From Ramazzottius varieornatus (Eukaryota > Animalia > Tardigrada): a stretch of 64,000 nt of DNA. Positions 39,255-50,265 of the stretch are shown piece by piece. Position numbers and translations under genes: made by a program. The notes beneath the pieces were generated by a model. That model did not search any database and had not been told where the DNA came from. It was given only the letters and a program-made list of their open reading frames with translations. Within the stretch, counting starts at the first letter, position 1. Every line of letters begins with the position of its first letter. Where the stretch lies: contig BDGG01000005.1 in the NCBI GenBank assembly GCA_001949185.1, forward strand, positions 806,001 through 870,000, in the 5' to 3' direction.

Positions 39255-39979
39255 TCCTCACACATCAGTTTCAATACAACTTCATAAGACGTGTCCGCGA
39301 GCCACTCACATTCTGTACGCAATCGATTTTCGACAATCGTGAGAAAAACTGAAGAGCAGAAGATCCAAATGATCCAGGAAGATTTCTCAGCGAGAAAAAT
39401 AAAGACTTAAGATTCCGAAGAAACCTCGATTACTCATTAACTGACAAGTCCCAATTGAGTTACGTGTGTGACGTCATACTATGCCAAGAATCATTTTGTT
39501 GTCTGTTGACACACACTTACTAACCCCGTCATACCCTATACACGGAACTTTGAAGGAGCAGTGAAGGTCCCCGAGTTCCCCAGGCCTATTCTTCATAGTT
39601 GTTCATGGAACTCCTATCAGTACACGTCTACATATCCTAGATTTATAGGCGTTATTCGTATAAATTAAGTGTAAGAAGGGCAACGACAGTTCTTTGTCGT
39701 ACACGGCACGACATAGGAAAAAGAAACCAAAGTTCCGGCCGAAGAAGACTGACAACGTCGTTGTCCCTTTCAGAGTACTATCCAGACCATCTAGAGTACT
39801 CTCGAAACGAGAAAACCAAAACTCACAAGCGTCAAGAAGAATGGCATAACCACGGTCAACAACAGCGTTCGGCCTTAGATACGAGTAACAGATCGAGTCT
39901 GGAAAGCCATCACAGAAAGCATTCTCTAAACGGTTTCTTCATCTGACATCAAAACTGCAATCAGCAGAACTCTTTACAA

Positions 39980-41257
39980 TCAGATTTTAAATGCTCGATG
40001 GCCACGCGGGTTGATCATCCTGATCATGTCGAGGTTCTTCTCGCGACGTTTCTTGAGACTCCCGAGCGCGCGATCAGCGGTTCCGCTTTCTCCCTCTCGT
40101 GTTTTTCGTGCTCGAATCTGAGCTCTTTCATCCTCCAAGAAATCAGCGAACTTCATCTTTTCCGATCGCGACATTCTGCAGTAAGAGAGACACAACACCG
40201 CGGAAAAAATTTATACAGAAACTCAGGACGACTAACCTTCTGGTGAACTGGTCGAAGTTCATGTACTCGTCAACTCCAAACTCCCGCACGTACTCATAGG
40301 CGTTGTGACCTCCATATCGGAATTCGGTATCGTCTGGGTCCTTCTTTGAGTCCAGGCCCGCCAACTGCGGTAGAACATTAGCATATCGAGGTACTGTGAA
40401 TTTGGACTGCGTAGTAAGTTTAGAATTTCCTAGCTCGGTTAACTTACGCGCTCGAGTTTCGGATCACGGACTTCGCCAAGAACCTCGTCGATGTCCGGAC
40501 AACGCTCTGGCTTGATTCGTGGGTTTTCCATCTCGCGTCGTTGGCGCAAAGGAACATTGTCTTCCTCCGGTGTCTCAATCTCCTGATACGTTTTGTTGAC
40601 AGATTCCAATTTTGCTAGACGAAGAAGAATCGATCGTGGATCGTTTCCGACACCAGCATTCATCGAACTGTTCTACGGAAAGGGAATATCCGAGAGGCTC
40701 TAATCTGACTTACCGTCTGGAGCGTAGAACTTGCACTGACGTTCGTGCTCTGCCTGGTGTTTCTCGGTGGCCGGATAGTAATGGAAACGGTGAAGCGAAA
40801 TCGTTGCATCGACTCCTTCTTATTATCCTACAGCCGTTCACCAGCACCGTTTAAAGTTTCATGGCAGTCACGTAATTTTAGGTAGATCGTACTAAACTTA
40901 CCGGTTCCGGACATCGTAAGAGATGTACGCGGAAGTCATTCGCGGATATCATGTGGGAGAAGTTGTAAGGACACTACAGAAGCGAAAAACTATGCTACAA
41001 ACTTTAATTGTTTGGAAAGATGCGTAGGAATTCTGGGAGAGGAATTACTGGACTGACCGTCACTTCCTCGTCTCTGTTGTCGTCGGTAATCAGCTGGAAG
41101 TTGATGTCACACTGGAAAAGAAGAAAATGATGAACGAATACAGTACGTACGGTAACTGTAAGACTGTAAAACTGTAATCTTATTTACACTCGTTTGAAAA
41201 GACCAGATTATTACAAAATGCCCGACTTACGTTTACATGACTTAAGTTGACAGCCAT
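39980..41257 (-). CDS. CHHC U11-48K-type zinc-finger protein (GTSF1/Asterix or SNRNP48 family), about 7 exons
   Basis: Spliced exons read MAVNLSHVN|CDINFQLITDDNRDEEVT|CPYNFSHMISANDFRVHLLRCPEP (C-x5-H-x9-H-x3-C); downstream exons join in phase to the stop at 39980. Confidence 0.65.
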
Positions 41258-41646
41258 TTTCTTGCCATTTCGTGGTTCCGGATCCGTACGCTTTGCTGCT
41301 AAGTTAGAAGATTTCCAACTGCGCTGTTGTCTTTCCGGCTCGTTTGTGGCAGGACTTTACATACAACAGAAAAGTAAGGTCCGTGACTTCGTAGGGTGAA
41401 CTTGTACTGAAATCGCGATCTGAAAAGGGAAAAACTAACACCGGGAGTACGGACAATAGTTTACTTAAATCCCGGAAGAGATTAAGAGATGATGGACAAA
41501 GGAAACAAACGGAAAAACAGGCGCCTTCCAAACCCTAAGGTTTTTAACCTTTTAATAACCAATCAACCAATAATTCCAACAATCACTCGATAGGGCGCAG
41601 CGACAGCGCCATGAATGGAGAGGGGATAATCCATCGCAGAACGTAC

Positions 41647-41683
41647 GTACTGCCAGAGTGGGGTTACTCCACTCTGGTACTGC
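41647..41683. mobile_element. Putative transposon excision footprint: 23-bp palindrome flanked by a 7-bp direct repeat
   Basis: GTACTGC-CAGAGTGGGGT-T-ACTCCACTCTG-GTACTGC. Confidence 0.55.
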
Positions 41684-43063
41684 GTTTTCCATGCTGTGTT
41701 GGTGCCTGGATGATTGAAAAGCAAACAATGTCCTTCTGATTCAAGTCACTCTGGTTTCTCGTATTCCTCATTGGTACTTGCAGCTTTACAGTTATACATC
41801 CCGGTTTGCACCTCCGAGACTATATAGCAGGAAGACTCGGTCTGTACATACGTCTGGACGGATGATTAACACCTTGAGCACTGCGCGATTTCGTGCTTTC
41901 AGAATACGATGCGGGAAAGTCACTTTCGCCTTGTTTCAACTGGTTGAAACCTGGGGGCGGTGCCAAATTAGACCAATCACCACCTCATCGATTGGCCAAA
42001 ATTGTGGAATATGATGTAGAGTGACCTGCCAACTCAAAACGGCCAGGCTTCAAGGTTTTTTTAATGACCACTGGGCAGATCTTTCCATGAGTCTGAAACT
42101 ATCGCAAGATACTAAAATGTTTGGGCTCGCACAACAATTTTTTGGTAACTCTGGACTAACTGAGAGCCTGGCTGGAAAGTAATTTGCTGGCTACGCCGAA
42201 ATCCCGTTAAGAAAGGAAAAAAATTCCACACAGGTTTGCAGAGCCAGTGTCCAGTAGCCGCTAGTTTTAGTTTCAAGAAAGGTTGATTGTCCGGGCAAAC
42301 GGAAAAAAACTGTGAGCAGAAGGTAAACTGGAAACTCACTACGCACAAATGAGTGTGCGCCGGGAAAGTGAGTTTCCCGCCCCTTGCTCACGGTGTTAAC
42401 GGTGTGTCTGAAATAGGTGGGGGACGCAATATAGGTGGGGGACACTAGACAGTCATGATCAAGAGCGTAGAGCACGGAATCTGGCGGCTTGGTATGCATT
42501 GCCTCCACGCGACTTTGCCTTCATGCTAAACTAAACTTTGCCTTCGGTGTGATTCATGCGTATCCTAACAACCTGTGAACTTGGTACCGTAACGCAACTT
42601 CGAGTCGCTTGATATCTGGTTTCTAGTTGATTAATTGATCGACCGTTAACAATCGGTACTGTTGCTTCACCGGTATGGAGGTACGCCTGAGGGAGTAAAT
42701 GTACGGACTGTACCCAGAGTGACGCAATACGGCAACAAAACTTCATCGCCTGATTCTGAATTTTGGCTCTTCGTTACAAATGTTGACTCCATCGCATCTT
42801 CAACTCCTGGGACTTCAGAAACCTTCTTCCGCTCTTGTGCTGCTGCTTGAAGCATTTTCCGATCGTACCGGAAGGTAAGTGGTCGCCGTTTGTTCTTTCA
42901 GTACGAAGGTATGGACGTCTCGTTTGTTTTACAGAACTATGGGCAACGCGTCGACGAGCGACGCCGCTTCAGACGATGTCATCCCTTCGCCGACCATGAC
43001 TATCAACCCTACTTCGATTACTCCTAACAGGAACATGAAAAAAGAGAACTGGATGACGATACG

Positions 43064-45450
43064 GTGATGCGCCTGGAAGATTTCATAAAGCAATTCAACA
43101 TAGGTACGTTGCCAAGAGTTGTGGAGTACTTCATTGCCCAGATGAAGTTGCGCATGGTTCAGCCCACATGGACTTGCGTAGGGTATTTGACCACTCCAAA
43201 TTCTTCCCACCTTCCTTTAGTGGATGAATGCTCTTTACCTACTTACTGCTACTGGTTGCGGGTTTGTGCTCTAGGACGTTTCGGTAATCAGCAAAGGACA
43301 ATGGCACAAGGCCAAGATTATCTTAATCGAAGCGGACAAGTATCCCGGAGAACAAGCCACGTCCGTGTCCATCTACAGGATTCATTACCCGGGCTGCGGG
43401 AAACGGTAAGCACGCTCCGGTGTCCATTAGGTTCGCGGAATGAAGATGTTTGAGTGCTTGTCCTCTTTAAGTATGACGAGTGGATGTTCAGCGACTCGCT
43501 GATGCTCCAGAATGCCGAAAATGACGCGAAGGCCTCAGGCGTAAATGATGTCTTCATGGAGGCCAGGTCAGTACTGCGTAGAAAATGGCATTACCGTGGA
43601 CATTTTTCCTGGTAGATTTGTGAATGATGATGGTTAACTTGTGTGATTTTAGTAGAACCAAAAACAAGAAGACGGCTCAGAAAGACAGGGCCACTAGTCC
43701 GCAAACGACGGAGAAGAGGACAAGGATGCCTCCAAGTCTGACTCCTGCACTGTTCGACGGAGTTTCTTCCGTGCGAGGCCGAGGAGAAGGAGGTAGCAGA
43801 AGAGGCGCCACAGCTGAACCCGGAGGTTTGTTCAGAATGAGTTGCGTTTACGTGATTTACAGGCTCGACTTCAAAACGATGAAAACTATAGGCTGAATCG
43901 AACAGCAATATTCCACTAAATTCTAGTTCTTGTTTGCGATTCATGGGAATTCATTGCTCGGTCATCGCTCAGCCAAAGCCTCTTGTGTTTCATATTTGCA
44001 GGTCCGCGAGCAGCACACAGGATCGTAACAGTGTGGAATCGTCTGCAGTCGATGCACCGCCCAAGATAATCGAGCCTTTGCTCGATCCAGCAGATGGACT
44101 ACCGACCATATTGAGTGACGAACTCGAGAAGTCTTCTGACGAGGAACTCGAAGCAGGTAGGATGTGGGCAGTTTTCCGAAATGTTTCCCCATTCGCGAGA
44201 TTTGAGAGGTCGTCGGCATACAGTGTAGTGAGGTCGCCGGCCTGTACAGCCAAGTATATCCGCCAAAGTACATTCTGTGATGTCTTTGTAGTGAAAGAGA
44301 CTGTGGACGCCATTACGGTCTTTACTGACTCCATGGACCTCAGTGATGCGGATGAGCAGAAGAAAAAGAAAAACGCTGCTAATGCCGGTAGCGTAATCCA
44401 GTTATCTCGGCAAAGCGTGCACTAACATTGTGAACTACTTACGATTTACGGTGGTACCAAATGAGCTGGGTTTGTTAACAGAGACGAAGCGTAAGGAAGA
44501 CGAGGATGAAAATGGTGAGGACGAGGAAGGCGACGAAGATGATGAAGAGAACGAAGAAAGCGACTGCGCGACCAACGTGTCTGGAAAACTTTCCGGAAAA
44601 GAATTCAAAGTCCTGCGGTGCAGTTGGTTAGTAGGTTTTGCAAAATCAGCACACTCGTTTCGCGCTGTGGGTTATATGATCGTTACAGAATTGTCGAGAA
44701 CTTTGAGAGAAGTAATACTTGCGATCTATACAGCAAAGGCGTGTGGGAGTTCTCCAGAAGGTAAGCTTAGAAAGAGTGCTTTGGTACTGTGCATTTCGAA
44801 AACGGTAGTATGCAGAGTAATCAGGTAGTGCGAGTATCATGCGAATTCATTCACCTACTTCCTTTTTTCCAGATGGACCGCGTCTAAGAAGCATCAGCAC
44901 GGCGAATTTGCTGTCTGGAGTACCGCCATGTTGAGAATGAAATTCGAGGTGACCAAGGGCAGAGAGAGAGGCCACGGCGATGACAGGCCGCTAAGGAGAA
45001 ACCTGACCCTATCACCCACAGGTCTTCAGAACTTTTTAGAGTTGTTTGAGCGGACAGAGCTCGACCAGATTCTAGCGCCTCGGCGATTACATACCCTCGA
45101 AGAAGTCAGCAGCGACGAAGAGCCTTGCACAAGTAAGTCTGCTTCCAAGGCTCCACTGCGTTTGTTTCAGTCGAGCATTTAACTGTTGAGTATAAAGCAA
45201 TGTTTCGCAGGCACTTCTAAGAAGACGACCAAGCGACCAGAAAAGACTGCCGATACCCAGAAGGCTGAAGGAGCCAAGAAAGCTGGTGTTACCAAGAACA
45301 AGTCTCAGGATAAGAAGTCCAAGTCGGTGAACCGGCCCATCAGCCAAAGAAACACGAGAATCCTCTGTCGATCGCGCTGTCCGTTACTTGATGAGCTTGC
45401 AAGAGGTGGTCTTTGTTGTTCAGGTTGGTTCGGAGCCCACAAAAGCCTTT
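43064..45450 (+). CDS. Uncharacterised multi-exon gene with acidic and Lys-rich tracts, convergent with the MULE transposase
   Basis: Regular series of GT-AG splice signals with open segments (e.g. 44001-44387; acidic 44481-44620; Lys-rich 45211-45350); no recognised domain. Confidence 0.35.
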
Positions 45451-47442
45451 AGTTCTCTTATCGCATATCTTATTACAATATACCGTTGGCTTTCTTCTGC
45501 AGTAGATACATTCTGATACTTGCCCTTCTAATTCTGTTTCCTCTTCCACCGGATGGGTCCGCGGCTCACAAAGCAAAGTGTAGGACATGCTGTTATGTTT
45601 TATTAATGAAGAAAAATGTCAATAAACACAGACTCTTCCTGAACTCTTTATTTTCCCTGGTTCTTCATGCACTGGAACAAGTGGGTAAGCTGGTCCGCGT
45701 ACAGCTTCAGCAGTCTTTCAGCCACCTCTCTTGGATCTTTGCGTTTTCCGAAGAACGGTTCCAGCGCCTTGTGCTCGGCTTCGGCAAGATTTGTGTTGAG
45801 CATATCGCGAGAAAACCCTATGGTTTCGCGTGCGGGCAGAACAAGCTTCTCAAGGAAGTTGATGGTTCTGATGGTTCCTCTCGAACCAGCGCTGAAAGTT
45901 AACGTCACGAAGGAAAATCTTTATTTCCGTTCATCGCCGAACGAATGCTTCTTCCGTTACCGAGTCAATCAGTCCCATAACATGTCTTCTCTCCAACCCC
46001 ACTGTGCGAGTGTAGCTGGAAATCGTATTCATAACGAACGCTATTTCCGACGCAGTCTTCTTCCCATCAAAGTATCGTTCTATTCCCTTTCGAATGTGCA
46101 GCACGCACAGCGTGTGGTTGTGCCGGGGGAAGGCTTGACGGAATGCTTCGTACAAAGCTCGCTCTCCGTCTGTGACAAAGTTGAAGACCCAGTCTTCAGA
46201 CAGAACATCCAAGCCAACACCGATCAAACACTCACGAAGGTAGTTTGGAAACACCGCATATAAAGCCCGTGATTTCTTCTGAGTCAGCATCGTTGAACCG
46301 ATGACAAGGGCAGGTTTCTTGCAGAACGGATGCTGGATGACCATCGTGACGACAAACATGTTGCAGAGGTTGAACGTCACGTCGAGCTGCACGTGTAGTA
46401 TGCCTGAAACCAACTTTAATTCAATAGGACAAGGCTTAGCATCATCACTAGCATCGTGGCTCAAAGAGGTAACATTGACGAGCTCGCTGGCATAAGCAAA
46501 TCAAGCTCGTCGGCTTGGACACCATCGAGCTCGCCGGCATATGCAAAAGGATGCTCGTTGGTTAGTATATCAGCGAGCTCGCTGGCTTACCGTTAACGAA
46601 CGCGCGAAGTTACAGACTACTGACTTTGCAGATCACACTGGATAACACTTACGCTTCTCCTGACGACTCGCATTCACTGCAAGCAGTCCAACACGATAAG
46701 GATCGACAAGAATGTAGTTCTCCGATTTGGTGCCATCTTCGTTCAGGTACTGCCGCAAAATGACACCGTCTTTCGCACGTAAGTAGCTCTCCGCATCAGA
46801 ACCGTAGACTTCCTTGTTTGCTGCGGTTTTGATAGTGGCTGCTTGACGACTTCCGGTGGGACCATGAAACGGATTTAGTGCTCGGTCCATTTCACGAACT
46901 GCTGAAGCCACTTCAAAGTAAATGTCCCTGGAAGTAAGAGACTTCCCACGGGCAACTGGTGATGCCAGTTTCCGCATTTCACTGGTAACGGAGCGGTTCG
47001 TGTAGGTTTTTCCCGGTTTGAACTGCTGCGTTGTGCTTCCCTCCTGCCACGAAAACTCCAAAACTAGAAAATTACCGAGTGGAACCTTCCATTTGTCTTC
47101 AGATTCTACCAAGGCCAGAATTCTTCTGAAGCCGTTTGATTGTTCGTTGGGCCAGCTGTACCAGTCTTTCTTCATCTATACAGATGGCTTTCTTTCGTCG
47201 TCGAGCTTCTTGCCACGGCCGAATCTTCGGTTCTTGTCCTTCCAGCAGCCGTTATCATCGTCCGCAACCAGCCCGTAGATCCGCTCACGTTGTTCGGGCT
47301 CGAAGATTACCGCGAACCAGGTACGTCCTTGGAAGCATTGAGGCATCTTGATGCAGCCATACACATAAAGAACTTCGGGACTACTGAGCCACGCCAAGAC
47401 GGAGGAGTCACTTTCCGATGTTTGGAAACAGCGGTACCTCAA
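45340..47442 (-). mobile_element. Degenerate Mutator-like (MULE) transposase gene, intron-containing
   Basis: QLDVTFNL (D1), FVTDGERAL (D2), HTLCVLHI (CxxH), TNLAEAEH (E). Frame break near 45910-45935; intron ~46652-46460; Cys-rich 3' segment. Confidence 0.8.
46478..46590. repeat. Three imperfect ~47-bp tandem units (CGAGCTCGCTGGCAT core) in the MULE intron
   Basis: GAGCTCGCTGGCATAAGCAAA / GAGCTCGCCGGCATATGCAAA / GAGCTCGCTGGCTTA. Confidence 0.7.
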
Positions 47443-48311
47443 GTCACTGCAAAACAGAAAACTCTCAGTTCAGAAACCACGCCGGCACTAAGTGCCGGAA
47501 CTTCGCTAGCGCATAGTGTCCGGGAGTTGCAGGCAGATGATGCCACGACCTTGTCGGCAGATATTGCCGTTACCCCTTAAATGTGCAGGTGCATCACTCA
47601 CAATCTGTAACATGGTCCGAAAACGCTTTCTTCGCCGGACGAATCAAATGGAAGTTCGCCTCGGTTAGCAAACAGCACGAGCGGCAGGACGGGTGTTCTT
47701 TAAATTCTTTTGGCGCTGAAAATGACGTCTCACTACAAAAAGCTTATGCCAATCTAGTTTAAACAGTATTTATCTGACCGAAATCGTACTTACTCTGCCA
47801 AGACTGTCGAGTTTTCTGTGCTATCCCTTGGGCTTGTCTGTACCGCAGTTATCTCATGGCCTTCGTCTTCCGGTACGTACGAGGACTACCTGTCACTAGT
47901 TTCGCATGGTTTCATTCTAAAACAGAGACCACTGTGTTATAATGCGTGTAATATTAGGTAAAATTGTTTTTTATTTCGCCGGCTTGGGTAAGATACCGAT
48001 CTTTGGAGTATATAAAACAGACATCACCGGCACACCTGTTGTTGTATGTTAACCTCCAGAGTATCATGGATCATGATGTATGTATTGAGTGTGTATATAT
48101 TTTGGACAAATTTCCGGCAGCCGCTACAGCACTCGTGGAGTTAGGCGACAGGTCATAGTCTTCGTCGTCGGGGAGATATATGAGAGAGTTATGCCCGCTC
48201 GCAGGAGCCGAATTTCTAAAACGACAAAGATGAGTAGGCTAGTTGTCATGAGTGGCAACCAGTTGCTGCCGGCAGACTGCAAAGATGGATAGTTACTGGC
48301 CAATATTAAAT

Positions 48312-48515
48312 AGACCTCGCCGGCATGTGCGAAACAGTGGTCGCCGGCTTATGCAAGGCAGTGATTAGGCGTATACAACACGGGCCTCGCCGGCATGTGC
48401 AAGACAGAGGTCGCCGGCGAAACAATTCAGACCTCGCCGGCATGTGCGAAACATTGGTCACCGGCTTATACAAGGCAAGGAACATGCGTATAAAACACGG
48501 ACCTTGCCGGCACAT
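48312..48515. repeat. Two ~117-bp direct repeats rich in GCCGGC
   Basis: AGACCTCGCCGGCATGTGCGAAACA.TGGTC.CCGGCTTAT.CAAGGCA occurs at 48312 and 48429. Confidence 0.8.
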
Positions 48516-49279
48516 CTAGCAAACTAAATCGAAAAGAAATCGGTACTTGCCCTCTGTATCCAGAAGATGTGCTCGGAATAAGCGAGTCATCGTTGTGGTT
48601 GCTCGTTATAGTAGTCTGGTCGTTCGGGTAAGCCACATCATCTCATTCTGACTCAGTTGCACTCAGTTGGCGTTCATCGAGAGAAGCAGCTGGGCTTCCC
48701 TGGTCAGCATTCTCCAGCTTGATCCGCTTGTTGTCTTTTGGCGTACCTTCCACGCTGGACGTTCCGTTCACAACCCAGCCATCCGAAATAACGTCGTCTT
48801 CATCGTCGGACACAATCATCGGCGGCCTTTCCATGACGAGACGAAAGTTGGTGGGATCAGGGCAAAAAACGCAGAAAGCGAGAGTAGATCGCAGGAAGTG
48901 AGAATTTAAGGCAAGAACATTCGTAATGGGAAAGTCGCACGCAAGTGGCGTCTTCCGAGTCCGCTAATTCTTGGTTAAAAAGTTACGGCGCGTAAGGGCG
49001 AGAGGTTAAAGTTGTGTTGTCTCGTGGTGTTATGCTACTCAGCTACGCGATCTCGTGCATTCACGTGATTCACTACGCATGAGTCACCTTGGAGGCAATG
49101 TGCAGTCTTGCATGAAGGCAAAGTCGCGTGAAGGCAAAGCATACCAAGCCGAATGTGGCCGCATGCGCTATACTGCACTGCAGTTGTGCTGTGCTGCAGC
49201 GCGTGAACTGAAGAAATTTGTGCGGCACAGCACAGCATATAGCAGAAAGCCATAGACTACCGCGCAGATAAACCTAAAC

Positions 49280-49842
49280 CTAAGGAAAGTGTGGTTTCAC
49301 CACACCACACCGAAAAAAACCACTCTTTTTGGTTTCGGTGTGCTTGAAACACCAAATCGAAAAATTGGTGTCCGAGTCACACCGAATTTGCCGTTTCGGT
49401 GTCTAGGAACACCACATCACACCAAACCGAAAAACTTTTGGTGCACCAGATTTAATGAGCTAGTCAGCTAGCTTGGGCTAGATGAGTATCGCAAACTCGC
49501 TGTTTCGCCCCGTGGTTGATTCGACTAACTGTTGATTGTTTAAGCTGCGAAAATTTACATGTGTGGAATGTTTTCTTCCGAATTCTTCTGTATTACATCT
49601 TGCCATCTTTCGACGGTTCTGTTCGTTCTTTCTGAATCCAGATAGCTGTCAACTGTGAAATCGCTCTTTGAAACTTTTTTCGGTTTTTCGATTTGGTTTG
49701 GTGTGGTGCACCGAAAGAGTGGTGTCCGATCCACACCACACCGGAAAAAGTGGTGTGGCTTTCGCAACGAAAAACCAGTTTCGGTGTGGAGAAGCACCGA
49801 ACCGAAAAACACCACACCACACTCAATCACACTTTTCTCAGG
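49280..49842. mobile_element. Non-autonomous DNA element with degenerate TIRs and dense CACCACACCG/TTTCGGTG subterminal repeats (hAT-like MITE)
   Basis: Repeat clusters 49290-49450 and 49675-49830; ends CTAAGGAAAGTGTGG and (inverted) CTGAGAAAAGTGTGA. Confidence 0.55.
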
Positions 49843-50265
49843 TCTAGATGCACCTACCGAAACCTATCAAAAATTAAAGTTTTTGGGCATTCGAACGTCA
49901 GCCGTCTCGGCTTGGCCGTACTCTGGGGCAATGTTTCCAGGTTGACTACCGATTTCGCTGACTGAGTTACAAACCACGTCAATACATCGGCGTTCCGCGC
50001 AGTTGCACCAGGTCAATGTGCATCTGCAGCACAGCTACTCAGCCACTGAACATGAAAGGTGTGCAGCACAGCACGGCGTACAGCGCCCTGGTAATGTGCG
50101 CAGCATAGTTACAGCGTACTTTTGGACCTGCGGCCCAGGGCTCTACAAGAGGGAGCTTCCGGTGTAAAGCCTACATGCAGATACCGCTACCGGAAGTGGC
50201 ATCGCTGACTTTTTTTTACCGCTACGCGTACAGTTTTTTACAGGTATTTCGGTGCGCATCTCAAG

